The position numbers and the translations under genes were made by a program. Below, one piece after another: positions 23,501-36,290 of a stretch of 64,000 bases of DNA; position 1 is the stretch's first letter, and each line of letters begins with the position of its first letter. The stretch comes from Anthoceros angustus (Eukaryota; Plantae; Anthocerotophyta): NCBI GenBank assembly GCA_010909165.1, contig MU008175.1, positions 558,001 to 622,000 of the forward strand, given 5' to 3'. Under the pieces are notes generated by a model. The model was given only the letters and a program-made list of their open reading frames with translations, made no database searches and was not told the DNA's origin.

Positions 23501-24025
23501 ATTAGACTGGACTCTCAGCGTGCGTCCTCATATGTGCTCATGGCCAATGTGTATGCAGATGCAGGGAGATGGACAGATGTGGATAAGATTGAAGCGCAGA
23601 GAATGGCAGCAGGAGCTACCAAGAAACATGCAGTAGCGGGCATTGAGATAAAGAAACAGGTACATACATTTGTGGTGGGAGAAAACAGAGAGGATGTTTC
23701 TCTCAAGGTGCAAACCATGAATGCACGTCTGAAGGAGGAAGGGGGTCATGTACCACACACAAAATTGGTGTTGAAGCCACTCTCTGAGACGGAAAAGGAA
23801 GATGCACTTTGTGGGCATGCTGAGAAGCTAGCTCTGGCGTTTGGTCTCTTGAACACTCCGAGCGGCACCCCTCTTCTGGTAACTAAGAATTTACGCATGT
23901 GTAGTGACTGCCACAGTTCCACCGAGATCCTGTCACGGGTTGAGAAGAGAGACATTGTTGTAAGGGATGGGTACCGCGTTCATCGATTTGCAGCTGGTTG
24001 TTGCAGCTGTCAACGTCGACCTTGA
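20504..24025 (+). CDS. PLS-class PPR protein with E1-E2 and a DYW:KP-type deaminase domain (putative U-to-C organellar RNA editing factor), plus an N-terminal OSB-type PDF motif
   Basis: Intronless ORF; the first ATG in frame is 20504. It has many ~102-aa PLS triplets, KKHAVAGIEI in place of PGxSWIE, the HAE and CSDC zinc ligands, and a C-terminus CSCQRRP (GRP-like). Confidence 0.93.
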   Translation: MATLVWLPDPLWAEQIDGHTGILGGAPAHFTLGTRARTNNQGLRWSRLMNPALSRKCMAGAGISSDGRRQEQELLWRQFFLEPTMWWDSRRNKKSSRSPDFRRKGSREVLWLDSFFKPAWVDEQLVALDMQMSHGASASKSSYLDGSEPGRPAGSEMSVTAGTVSRLCQQGQLTEAVGALEFLAETDCVISQSLLFNVLKLCSAKRNLVVGRRVHDVIVRLGYESNTFLGNHILRMYSGAGRLQEAMKVFTMVAKPDPFMWSSIITAHTKLGKPNEAIQLYHEMRSSGEEGNAHVFVAALQACAFAADLEAGRKVHYDVLHSGIPPDLFVGSVLVDMYAKCGELGDARRVFDSLATKDVVTWNALIAGYAKQGLDQEAFVLYEQMEQEGLILADHFTFACLLKACGNPSALHKGRQLHSRIVARGQLDSIVVGNCLVDMYAKCGELADARLAFDSLVRKDVVTWTILIAGYANHGLGHEALVLYGLMEQEGLVLADHVTFACLLKACASTGDLQKGRQLHSQIVERGQLDNKMVGTCLVDMYAKCGEPGEARQIFDKLATKDVVTWTALIAGYADHGLGQEALVLYGQMEQEGLILANIVTYSCLLKACASAGALQKGKQLHSEIVERGLFDDLLVGTCLVDMYAKCGELEEARRIFDSLAKKDVVTWNALIAGYAKRRLGQEALVLYEQMEQEGLILADHFTFACLLMACASTGALQKGRQLHSQIAGRGQLEGDLVVCTCLVDMYVKCGEVEDARRVFDSLAKKDVVTWNALIAGYAQQGLCQEAFVLFEHMEEEGLLRADHVTFACLLNACASAGALQLGRQLHSQIVERGQLDDALVGNSLVDMYAKCGELEEARRVFDCLATKDVVTWNALIGGCGSCDEGHSALACFEEMLVAGFQPNDVTFTCLLVACSHQGLVTEGRMYFDAMVEQHGIKPTIEHYTCMIDLLGRAGQLDEAEKMLLSCESRNNVVGLTALLNACKSHGDVERATRCFESLIRLDSQRASSYVLMANVYADAGRWTDVDKIEAQRMAAGATKKHAVAGIEIKKQVHTFVVGENREDVSLKVQTMNARLKEEGGHVPHTKLVLKPLSETEKEDALCGHAEKLALAFGLLNTPSGTPLLVTKNLRMCSDCHSSTEILSRVEKRDIVVRDGYRVHRFAAGCCSCQRRP

Positions 24026-24619
24026 GAACGTGACAAACAAGAACACATATCGGTTATAGACATGGTTCGGTGGCCCGGTCAGAATTCGTCCGGGGTTCAA
24101 TGCGCGCTCAATTAATACAATCACACATGCTCTTCACATATGTGTGTATGCCATGGCTGCACCGTTAAACTGACACCAAAATGTTTCCATCGTCCCTCAA
24201 AAGAGAGGAGTAGATGACGCAACAGTCATGGTCTGAACAGGCCTAAGTAGTTGAAGCTTCACTGTTGGATATGCACCTCTGACTTGAGTCTGTTCTGCTT
24301 GTCCGAGTGAATCAGTAGACCATAGTGGTGACACCTATTTCAATGTTTACAGGGTGGCATGCTCGCTTGGCATGTCAATCAGGACGACAGGACGTTTGAG
24401 GCAACAAACGAGGTGTGCTCTAGTCCACTCACCATTCCAAAGTTTGACATTTCTGTGTCATGGACATGACGCCAAGCTCAACATCTGGCCTCCTTGCTAT
24501 CCTAAGGTATGCACAGAAATCCACTGAGCCTGCAGGCGAGGACTGGAAATAGAAAATCTCTAGGAACAAACAATGAAAGGAGGCTGCAGGGTAAAACAGG
24601 AAATCCCTAAGGCCTCGTC

Positions 24620-25661
24620 CTACTCATCCTTCAGATTAGTTGGCTCCGTTAGGACGTATTTCGGAAGGTCATACTTTGCACCTGCACAATGCAAACACTT
24701 CGACTTAAAACCACATCCGCTAGAACAAGTGTTTGACTCAAAACTGAGGTATGCGCACACTCCCACACACACACACACACACACACACTAAAGAAAAACA
24801 TTTACCTCTTTCATCATAGCAAGTTGACAGATCCTCAGAAGTGACTATGATTCCAGCACTGTCAACAATAGCTTGGGCAAGGTTTAAGTCAGCCTCAGCT
24901 GCCGCTCGAAGAGCATCCCATATTTCTGCAGAGTAGCCATTCTATTAGTATGGGAACAAAGAGTTGGACCATGCCAGGCCGCTTCCATGCACAGCGAAAA
25001 TACCTTTCTGGCCCCCATAATGAGGGGCAGTGTCCCAAAACTCTTCACGCATTTGCTTCAGTTGTACACGATTCATAGCATCCTGTGACTTCCATGGCTT
25101 AGGCTTTTTTAGCTTCTTCGGATGACCTGGAGACAACAATTAGCATGCATCGTATAACATGCAAGGACATCGCAGAAGTTGCACAGCAGACAGACTCCAA
25201 AGCGTGGCCCCACAAATGTGAGAAAAAATCCGTTTGATTTTCTCTGCTGAGCACTCAAGGGCAGCTTGCCTTCAGCTTCCCGGGAGAATCACTAAATCAC
25301 TGCACCCCGCACCAGCATGCAAGACTCAAACGCCGCAGAGGCTCAGGCAGAGCGCATGCCTGCCTGGGTAACAAGCAAACAAGCACTACTAGCTCGGGAT
25401 GGTCATAACGAATTCCGAGCCCTGCCGGGAGATCCAGCTCTCAACACTAAACTCCGAGCTAAAAGGGGGAGCTGAAACCCAACATCCCTCTCAATGCAAC
25501 ATGCAGACCGGAATTCTACCTGAGAAACACAGATCCTGCACAGAGATCACCTCAAGTAAAGTACAAGAAGCCTGCAGCAGATGCAGCAGACCTGAAATTG
25601 GCGACGCAAGAAATACGTGCTTACCATCAACACCCCTCGGGCGGGACCCCATGCAACCCAT
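24620..25661 (-). CDS. Ubiquitin domain-containing protein (UBTD/DC-UbP ubiquitin-binding domain), 113 aa
   Basis: Exons 25625-25661, 25004-25126, 24806-24925 and 24620-24681, all GT-AG and in phase. Translation: MGCMGSRPRGVDGHPKKLKKPKPWKS...[23 protein letters not shown]...CYDERGAKYDLPKYVLTEPTNL. Confidence 0.92.
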
Positions 25662-25989
25662 CTGTGCTGGCCAGAATTCGCGTTTCCGCCGATTTTACAT
25701 GGTGGTGCGCACGCTCTGGGGCAAGAATGTAGGTTGGTGGCAGGAACCTCACGCTCCAACACGGTAGCCGAGAGCTGGAAGCTGACGGTGGTGCAAGGCT
25801 GGTTTGGCAATTCCTTCGAGCATGGTAGAGAGCACGCCCCGAGCAAGAAGGTACGGAAAACCCCTTTCGCCACTGTCAAGATGAACAAGAAGCTCGGAAT
25901 GCAGCGTACGCTGGAAGAAAGATGGCCGGAAGCTCCGAACCTCTCAGCCACTCTAAGCTAAGTTTGAAGCCCAAAGGGATTCAAGGGCC

Positions 25990-27349
25990 TTTTTAATCAA
26001 CCTAGCGGGCCACAACTGGCGGGCTGGGCTGGATGCGCAGCTGGCTGCTCTGGATATCCAGTCGAGACTTCCTCTCACTGCAGCGTGCCGGCTGATCGAG
26101 ACCTTGTCAGGCCTACAGGATACGAAATGAGCGTGGCGCAAGTACGTCAGCAGGGTCAGCTCGCTGAAGCCGTGGAGGCCGTGAGATTTCTGGTTCTCAC
26201 AGGTTGCCACATTTTTGTATTTTACGTTGTTCTGAATGGCTGGATAAGAAGGATTTGCGGCTGATGTAGATGTCTCATTCCAGGTTCAAGGATTCTGTGT
26301 GGTTGTGTTCAATATAGTACCAAGCCAGATGCCTTCACGTGGTCTGCAATTATTTGTGCGCATGCAAAGCAAGACAAGACAAGAAGGCTATGCAACCGAA
26401 TTGTCGGATGCGCAGGTCAAGTTTGAAGCCAAATGGCGATGTGCTTGCAGCAGCTCTGCAGGCTTGTGCAAGGGGAGTAGAGTAGAAATCTGGGCAGCCG
26501 GTGCATGCTGATGTCGTGGCTAACGGCGTTGAGGCTCATTGGTTTGTCTGCAATTGCTTGGTGGACATGAGTGTGGCAGTTTGGCAGAAGCTCGAAGAGT
26601 GTTTGACGTGTGCGTCAGAAAGATGTGGTGACCTGCTGGAATGCTATGATAGCAGGTTATTCCAAACAAGGCAAAGGTAAGGAAGCCCTGAGTGTTTTTA
26701 GTGCTACGCAAGATGAAGGCATGGCTCCACCTGATTCTGTGACCTTTGTGTGCCTGCTGGAGGCATGTGCAAGCGGCGGCACGCAGGAAGGGGAGGCAGC
26801 TTCATTCGCAAATAAGAGAACGAGGATTTCAGCTCATGCTTTTGTAGCCAGCAGTTCGGTAAACATGTATGCAATCTGCGGTGTCTAGAGGATACTCAAG
26901 GAGTGTTTGACCGACTTGGTGAGAAGAATGTGGTGACGTGGAATGCCATTATAACAGGATACTCCGAGCAGGAGGCTCACGCACTGCTCGGAGTATCCTA
27001 TCCTTCTATGTAAGGAGAGAGATTCGGTACGCCCAATTCTGTCACGTTTGTGTGCCTTCTGCACGCATGTACAACTGTTCGGAACCAAGCTTTGAAGAAA
27101 GGGAAGGATATTCATGCACAAATTAGAGAACACAGACATGAAGAGGATCCATTTGTAGCTAACAGCTTGATTCACATGTATGCGAAGTGCGGCAGCCCAG
27201 AGGATGCTGAGGGTGTGTCGACCGGACTTGATCAGAAAGGTAGTGACGTAGAATACCATGATGCCAGCAGATTCCCAGCAGCAGATGGGCAGGAAGCCCT
27301 TGGTCTCCACAGAGCAACATCAAGAGACTTACATCGATACCATGCTTGA
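25990..27349 (+). pseudogene. PLS-PPR pseudogene (N-terminal part), copy A
   Basis: Fragments RPTGYEMSVAQVRQQGQLAEAVEA, KDVVTCWNAMIAGYS and NSLIHMYAKCGSPEDA lie in different frames. Confidence 0.8.
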
Positions 27350-28100
27350 AACCTATACCGTGTCGAATGCAAAACCAAATTTACACCTCTTGCAACCGGG
27401 GTAAGGTTGAGTAAAGCTAAAAGCCCCGGGAAGCAAGCAAACAGATGCAGAATATACTGCAGGCTGTTGAATCATTTAACATTGCAGAATGTACTGCAGG
27501 CTGTTGAAACAGTCAATCTGTAGCCAGGCTGTTGAATCATGCAACATTCCCTCTTCAGATTGCAGGAGTGATCTCTCACAGCCGTTAGCAAAGTTGCTCA
27601 ATTCCTTGTGTTGGAGTTTTATGTTCCCATGTGGTTGGCGTAGTCTAGGAAGTAACGAAGGTGTCAATCGGGCTTGACACCGTGAACTCACGGCTGTAAC
27701 ATCTGCCCGCCAGCAGCAGCCTCTTCGCACGGTGTTCTGAAGTTGCCAGTTGTTGGCTTATGAAAGCTCCATATACATACCCGTAAGGAAAGCCTTCCCC
27801 ATATGAGCAAATCGGGAGGGCGGGTGCCACCACCATTGCTTAGACACTGCGGGTGGAAGCCCTGAAAAACCTGCAGGAACGTGTTGGATGGGGAGTGCGA
27901 CCGGGAATGGAGGGAATTGGCTGATATGGCTAAAAGTTTGAATATGCGCTCGAGGCAAGGGGGAACAGCTTGCAGAGACTCCCAAGCTCGGGTTACCCCA
28001 AAGGCAGGGGAAGAGATGTGAGAGCAGGGCTATCATCGTCGTCTTTTTTGGGCACAACGTGATCAGATGTCGCAGAGATCCTTATTCATTCCTTCACACT

Positions 28101-31100
28101 CTAGAAATACTTTTCATACCTGACCAAAAAACTATGCACGTGTCCGTCCATGTCTGTCCAGCAGCTCTGGCCTGGCTGCTTCCAGGCCCCGGTTCTTACT
28201 CTCTTGGCTTGCATCTGCTCTGCTTGCTCCCACATCTGGGCATTGGTGTATATGTTTGACATCGCCACATATGCTGCAGCATCCTTCTTGTCTAACTTCA
28301 CCGCCTGGAGGAAAGCATGGTATCCCAACTCCGCGTTGCTCCACTTATGACAAGCACCCAATAGAGCGTGCCATACTGCAGCAGTAGGCAGCACAGGCAT
28401 TGTCCTTATCATAACTATTGCCTCATCCAAATGGCCTGCACGGCCCAGTAGATCCACCATGCATGTGTAATGCTCCACTGTAGGAGTGATGCCGTGGTGG
28501 CAGCTCATAGCCTGAAAGTACTCTTTCCCTTTGTCCACCAAACCTGCATGGCTACATAATGTTAGAACACTGAGAAACGTGATGCCAATAGGCTGTACGC
28601 CAGCCTCTTCCATTCTCTGGACCAAGTTAAAGACCGCTTCACTGTCTCCTTGACAGGCGTAGCCTGCAATCAGTGCACTCCACGTGACAACGTCTCTTTC
28701 CACCACCGCATCAAACAACCGCTGTGCATCAACCAGGTTCCCGGACTTCCCATACATGTTTATCAAACTGCTGGCTACAAACGCATCACCTTGAAGTCCT
28801 TGTTCTTCAATCTGTGCATGTAGCCGCCTTCCTACATGCAACGCTGCAACATTTGCACATGCATGCAGGAGGCACACAAATGTCACGGAATTTGGTACAG
28901 CAATGCCCGATTCTTGCATAGCGCTGTACAGATGAAGGGCTTCCTCCCCCATGCCCTGCTGCGAATACCCTGCAATTAGAGAAGTCCATGTCACCACATC
29001 TTTTAGAACAAGTCCATCAAACACTCTCTGAGCATCTTCCAAGCTCCCACACTTTGCATACATGTTTACCAAGCTGCTGGCTACAAACATATCAGCTTGA
29101 TATCCCCGCTCCCTAATTTGTGCATGAAGCTGTTTTCCCATCTCCAATGCGGGGCTGCCCTCAGCTGCACATGCTACCAGCAGGCACACAAATGTCACAG
29201 AATTGGGTGCAGCAATGCCCTCATCTTGCATAGCACTGTACAGGCAGAGTGCTTCCTGACCCATGCCATGTTGGCAATACCCTGCAATCAAAGCAGTCCA
29301 TGTCACAACATCCTTTTGCCTAAGTTCGTAAAACACCCTCTTCGCATCTTCTAGGCTGCCACACTTTGCATACATGTCCACCAAACTGTTGGCTACCAAC
29401 GCATCAGCCTCAAGTCCCTGTTCTCTAATTTTCGTATGAAGCTGCTTTCCCCTCCCCAAAGCTAGTATTCCAGCACTTGCACATAACTGCAGGAGGCACA
29501 CAAATGTCACAGAATTGGGTCGAGCCGTGCCTTCTTCTTGCATGATAGTGTAGAGACGAAGGGCTTCCGGGCTCTTGCCCTGCTCGGCATATCCTGCTAT
29601 CATGGCGTTCCACGTCACTGTATCTTTTTTACCAGCCCTATCAAACACCCTCTGAGCATCCTCTAAGCTGCCACACTTTGCATACATGTTTATCAAACTG
29701 TTGGTCACAAACATATCATTTTCATGCCCTCTTTCTTTGATGTCTGCATGAAGTTTCCTCCTCCTCTAATGCAGGCCTCCCACACTTGCACATGCCTGCA
29801 GGAGGCACACAAATGTCACAGAATTGGGTATAGCAAGGCCTTCTTCTTGCATAGCAATGTAAGACTAAGAGTTTTTCGCCCGGCTGTGCTGGGAATATCC
29901 AGCCATTAAGGCAGTCCATGTCACCACATCTTTGGCACCAAGTCCATCAAATACTCTCTGGGCGTCCTCAAGGCTGCCACACTTTACATACATGTTTACC
30001 AAGCTGTTGGCAATGGACACATCAGCTAAATGTCCTCCTTCTCTGATTTGTGCATGAAGCTGCTTTCCTGGTCCAAAGCTGGGTCACAGACTTGCACATG
30101 CCTGGAGGAGACAGGCACGTCATAGAATCAGGTAAAGCAGTGCCTCCTTCCTGCATAAGACTGTACAGATGAAGGGCTTCCTGGCCCATGCCCTGTTGGG
30201 AATACCCTGCTATCATGATATTCCATGTCAGCACATCTTTTTGACCAAGTCTGTCAAACGCTCTCCGAGCAGCTTCAAGGTTGCCACACTTTGCATACAT
30301 GTTTACCAAACTGTTAGCTACAAACACATCAGCTTCATGTCCTCCTTCTCTAATTTGCACATGAAGCTGCTTCCCCTTCTCCAAAGCTGGGCTGCCCACA
30401 CTTGCACATGCCTGCAGGAGGCACACAAATGTCACAGAATCGGGTACAACCATCCCTTCTTCTTGCATTACCCTGTAGAGATAAAGGGCTTCCTGGCCCA
30501 TGCCCTGCTGGGAATAACCTGCAATAAGAGAAGTCCACGTCACAACCTCCTTCTGATGAAGACCGTTAAACACTGCCTGAGCATCTTCCAAGCCACCGCA
30601 CTTTGCATACATGTTCACCAATCCGCTGGCTATAAACATATCCGATTGATGTCCTCCTTCATAGATTTGTGCATGAAGATGCCTCCCTTCCACCAAAGCT
30701 GTGGTCCCCATGCTTGCACATGCCTGCAGGAGAGACACAAATGTTGCGGAATTGGGTAAACTAGTGCCATTTTCTTGCATCACACTGTACAGACGAAGGG
30801 CTTCCTGCCAGACTCCCTGCTGGGAATATCCTGCTATCATGGCATTCCATGTCAGCACATCCTTTTGACGAAGCCCATTAAACACAGTCTGAGCTTCTTC
30901 CAAGCTGCCACACTTTGAATACATATTTACTAAGCTGCTGGCTAGAAATGCATCCACTTGATGTCCTCGATCATTAATTTGCGCATGAAGCTCCTTCCCC
31001 TTCTCCAAACCAGGGATGCCCATGCTTGCACATGCCTGCAGGAGGCATGCAAATGTCACAGAATCAGGTGAAGCACCACCCTTGTCTTCCATATGGCCAT

Positions 31101-31471
31101 AGAGACAAAGGGCTTCCTGACCCATGCCCTGCTGAGAATATCCTGCTATCATGGTATTCCATGTCACCACGTCCTTTTGACTAAGTCCATTAAACACTCC
31201 CTGAGCATCTTCCAAGCTGCCACACTTTATATACATATTCACCAGACTGTTTCCTACAAACAAGTCAGTTTGATGTCCTCCTTCTCTAATTTGTGCATGA
31301 AGCTCCTTCCCTTCTCCAAAGCTGAGTGGCCCATGCTTGCACATGCCTGCAGGAGGCTCACAAATGTCACAGAATCAGGTGCAACGAGGACATCCTGCAT
31401 AGCCTTATAGAGACGCAGGGCTTCCTGGCCCATGCCCTGCTGAGAATATCCTGCTATCATGGCGTTCCACG
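28101..31471 (-). CDS. C-terminal two-thirds of a long PLS-E+ PPR gene, copy A (a few frameshifts)
   Basis: ORFs 30022-31344 and 28101-29714. The protein ends AWKQPGQSCWTDMDGHVHSFLVRYEKYF*, i.e. an E domain plus a PG-box-like segment and no deaminase. Confidence 0.85.
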
Positions 31472-34400
31472 CTCTAGCAAGAATGTAGGTTGGTGGCAGG
31501 AACCTCACGCTCCAACACGTAGCCGAGAGCTGGAAGCTGACGGTGGTGCAAGGCTGGTTTGGCAATTCCTTCGAGCATGGTAGAGAGCACGCCCCGAGCA
31601 AGAAGGTACGGAAAACCCTTTCGCCACTGTCAAGATGAACAAAGCTCGGAATGCAGCGTACGCTGGAAGAAAGATGGCCGGAAGCTCACCTCTCAGCCAC
31701 TCTAAGCTAAGTTTGAAGCCCAAAGGGATTCAAGGGCCTTTAATCAACCCTGGCAGGCCACAACTGGCGGGCTGGGCTGGATGCGCGCTGGCTGCTCTGG
31801 ATATCCAGTCGAGACTTCCTCTCACTGCAGCGTGCCGGCTGATCGAGACCTTGTCAGGCCTACAGGATACGAAATGAGCGTGGCGCAAGTACGTCAGCAG
31901 GGTCAGCTCGCTGAAGCCGTGGAGGCCGTGATTCTGGTTCTCACAGGTTGCCACATTTTGTATTTTACGTTGTTCTGAATGGCTGGATAAGAAGGATTTG
32001 CGGCTGATGTAGATGTCTCATTCAGGTTCAAGGATTCTGTGTGGTTGTGTTCAATATAGTACCAAGCCAGATGCCTTCACGTGGTCTGCAATTATTTGTG
32101 CGCATGCAAAGCAAGACAAGACAAGAAGGCTATGCAACCGAATTGTCGGATGCGCAGGTCAAGTTTGAAGCCAAATGGCGATGTAAAGCTTGCAGCAGCT
32201 CTGCAGGCTTGTGCAAGGAGTAGAGTAGAAATCTGGGCAGCCGGTGCATGCTGATGTCGTGGCTAACGGCGTTGAGGCTCATTGGTTTGTCTGCAATTGC
32301 TTGGTGGACATGAGTGTGGCAGTTTGGCAGAAGCTCGAAGAGTGTTTGACGTGTGCGTCAGAAAGATGTGGTGACCTGCTGGAATGCTATGATAGCAGGT
32401 TATTCCAAACAAGGCAAAGGTAAGGAAGCCCTGAGTGTTTTAGTGCTACGCAAGATGAAGGCATGGCTCCACCTGATTCTGTGACCTTTGTGTGCCTGCT
32501 GGAGGCATGTGCAAGCAGCGGCACGCAGGAAGGGAGAGCAGCTTCATTCAAATAAGAGAACGAGGATTTCAGCTCATGCTTTTGTAGCCAGCAGTTCGGT
32601 AAACATGTATGCAATCTGCGGTGTCTAGAGGATACTCAAGGAGTGTTTGACCGACTTGGTGAGAAGAATGTGGTGACGTGGAATGCCATTATAACAGGAT
32701 ACTCCGAGCAGGAGGCTCACGCACTGCTCGGAGTATCCTGGTCTTTACAGGGCTATGTAAGGAGAGAGATTCGGTACGCCCAATTCTGTCACGTTTGTGT
32801 GCCTTCTGCACGCATGTACAACTGTTCGGAACCAAGCTTTGAAGAAAGGGAAGGATATTCATGCACAAATTAGAGAACACAGACATGAAGAGGATCCATT
32901 TGTAGCTAACAGCTTGATTCACATGTATGCGAAGTGCGGCAGCCCAGAGGATGCTGAGGGTGTGTCGACCGGACTTGATCAGAAAGGTAGTGACGTAGAA
33001 TACCATGATGCCAGCAGATTCAGTGCAGCAGATGGGCAGGAAGCCCTTAGTCTCCACAGAGCAACATCAAGAGACTTACATCGATACCATGCTTGAAACC
33101 TATACCGTGTCGAATGCAAAACCAAATTTACACCTCTTGCAACCGGGGTAAGGTTGAGTAAAGCTAAAAGCCCTGGAAGCAAGCAAAGATGCAGAATATA
33201 CTGCAGGCTGTTGAATCATTTAACATTGCAGAATGTACTGCAGGCTGTTGAAATAGTCAATCTGTAGCCAGGCTGTTGAATCATGCAACATTCCCTCTTC
33301 AGATTGCAGGAGTGATCTCTCACAGCCGTTAGCAAAGTTGCTCAATTCCTTGTGTTGGAGTTTTATGTTCCCATGTGGCGTAGTCTAGGAAGTAACGAAG
33401 GTGTCAATCGGGCTTGACACCGTGAACTCACGGCTGTAACATCTGCCCGCCAGCAGCAGCCTCTTCGCACGGTGTTCTGTTGCCAGTTGTTGGCCATGAA
33501 AGCTCCATATACATACCCGTAAGGAAAGCCTTCCCATATGAGCAAATCGGGAGGCGGGTGCCACCACCATTGCTAGACACTGCGGGTGGAAGCCCTGAAA
33601 ACCTGCAGGAACGTGTTGATGGGGAGGACCGGGAATGGAGGAATTGGCTGATATGGCTAAAAGTTTGAATATGCGCTCGAGGCAGAACAGCTTGCAGAGA
33701 CTCCCAAGCTCAAGGTTACCCCAAAGGCAGGGGAAGAGATGTGAGAGCAGGGCTATCATCGTCGTCTTTTTTGGGCACAACGTGATCAGATGTCGCAGAG
33801 ATCCTTATTCATTCCTTCACACTCTAGAAATACTTTTCATACCTTGGACCAAAAACTATGCACGTGTCCGTCCATGTCTGTCCAGCAGCTCTGGCCTGGC
33901 TGCTTCCAGGCCCTGGTTCTTCACTCTCTTGGCTTGCATCTGCTCTGCTTGCTCCCACATCTGGGCATTGGTGTATATGTTTGACATCGCCACATATGCT
34001 GCAGCATCCTTCTTGTCAACTTCACCGCCTGGAGGAAAGCATGGTATCCCAACCCGCGTTGCTCCACTTATGACAAGCACCCAATAGAGCGTGCCATACT
34101 GCAGCAGTAGGCAGCACAGGCATTGTCCTTATCATAACTATTGCCTCATCCAAATGGCCTGCACGGCCCAGTAGATCCACCATGCATGTGTAATGCTCCA
34201 CTGTAGGAGTGATGCCGTGGTGGCAGCTCATAGCCTGAAAGTACTCTTTCCCTTGTCCACCAAACCTGCATGGCTACATAATGTTAGAACACTGAGAAAC
34301 GGATGCCAATAGGCTGGCCGCCAGCCTCTTCCATTCTCTGACCAAGTTAAAGACCGCTTCACTGTCTCCTTGACAGGCGTAGCCTGCAATCAGTGCACTC

Positions 34401-36290
34401 CACGTGACAACGTCTCTTTCCACCACCGCATCAAACAACTGCTGTGCATCAACCAGGTTCCTGGACTTCCATACATGTTTATCAAACTGCTGGCTACAAA
34501 CGCATCACCTTGAAGTCCTTGTTCTTCAATCTGTGCATGTAGCCGCCTTCCTACATGCAACGCTGCAACATTTGCACATGCAGGAGGCACACAAATGTCA
34601 CGGAATTTGGTACAGCAATGCCCGATTCTTGCATAGCGCTGTACAGATGAAGGGCTTCCTCCCCATGCCCTGCGAATACCCTGCAATTAGAGAAGTCCAT
34701 GTCACCACATCTTTTAGAACAAGTCCATCAAACACTCTCTGAGCATCTTCCAAGCTCCCACACTTTGCATACATGTTTACCAAGCTGCTGGCTACAAACA
34801 TATCAGCTTGATATCCCCGCTCCCTAATTTGTGCATGAAGCTGTTTTCCCATCTCCAATGCGGGGCTGCCCTCAGCTGCACATGCTACCAGCAGGCACAC
34901 AAATGTCACAGAATTGGGTGCAATGCCCTCATCTTGCATAGCACTGTACAGGCAGAGTGCTTCCTGACCCATGCCATGTTGGCAATACCTGCAATCAAAG
35001 CAGTCCATGTCACAACATCCTTTTGCCTAAGTTCGTAAAACACCCTCTTCGCATCTTCTAGGCTGCCACACTTTGCATACATGTCCACCAAACTGTTGGC
35101 TACCAACGATCAGCCTCAAGTCCCTGTTCTCTAATTTTCATGAAGCTGCTTTCCCTCCCCAAAGCTAGTATTCCAGCACTTGCACATAACTGCAGGAGGC
35201 ACACAAATGTCACAGAATTGCGCCTTCTTCTTGCATGATAGTGTAGAGACGAGGGCCTGGGCTCTTGCCCTGCTCGGCATATCCTGCTATCATGGCGTTC
35301 CACGTCACTGTATCTTTTTTACCAGCCCTATCAAACACCCTCTGAGCATCCTCTAAGCTGCCACACTTTGCATACATGTTTATCAAACTGTTGGTCACAA
35401 ACATATCATTTTCATGCCCTCTTTCTTTGATGTCTGCATGAAGTTTCCTCCCCTCCTCTAATGCGGGCCTCCCCACACTTGCACATGCCTGCAGGAGGCA
35501 CACAAATGTGAGAGAATTGGGTATAGCAAGGCCTTCTTCTTGCATAGCAATGTAAAGACTAAGAGTTTTTTCGCCCCGGCTGTGCTGGGAATATCCAGCC
35601 ATTAAGGCAGTCCATGTGACCACATCTTTGGCACCAAGTCCATCAAATACTCAAGGGCGTCCTCAAGGCTGCACACTTTACATACATTTACCAAGCTGTT
35701 GGCAATGGACACATCAGCTAAATGTCCTCCTTCTGATTTGTGCATGAAGCTGCTTTCCTGGTCCAAAGCATCACGAGACTTGCACATGCCTGGAGGAGAC
35801 AGGCACGTCATAGAATCAGGTAAAGCAGTGCCTCCTTCCTGCATAAGACTGTACAGATGAAGGGCTTCCTGGCCCATGCCCTGTTGGGAATACCCTGCTA
35901 TCATGATATTCCATGTCAGCACATCTTTTGACCAAGTCTGTCAAACGCCTCCGAGCAGCTTCAAGGTTGCCACACTTTGCATACATGTTTACCAAACTGT
36001 TAGCTACAAACACATCAGCTTCATGTCCTCCTTCTCTAATTTGCACATGAAGCTGCTTCCCTTCTCCAAAGCTGGGCTGCCCACACTTGCACATGCCTGC
36101 AGGAGGCACACAAATGTCACAGAATCGGGTACAACCATCCCTTCTTCTTGCATTACCCTGTAGAGATAAAGGGCTTCCTGGCCCATGCCCTGCTGGGAAT
36201 AACCTGCAATAAGAGAAGTCCACGTCACAACCTCCTTCTGATGAAGACCGTTAAACACTGCCTGAGCATCTTCCAAGCCACCGCACTTGC
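31468..36290. repeat. Tandem duplicate (copy B) of 25710-30603 carrying many 1-3-bp deletions
   Basis: Restarts at cacgctct..gcaagaatgtaggttgg (also at 25710) and repeats the PPR pseudogene (31700-33096) and the PPR C-terminus (33830-36290). Confidence 0.92.

Noticed and set aside
20592-23955. Many 60-105-aa minus-strand ORFs
   Set aside because: Antisense shadows of the repetitive PPR gene.
24763-24788. (CA)n tract
   Set aside because: Ordinary intronic microsatellite.
27640-28060. Possible gene between the convergent PPR loci
   Set aside because: ORFs differ between the duplicate copies and show no recognisable motif.
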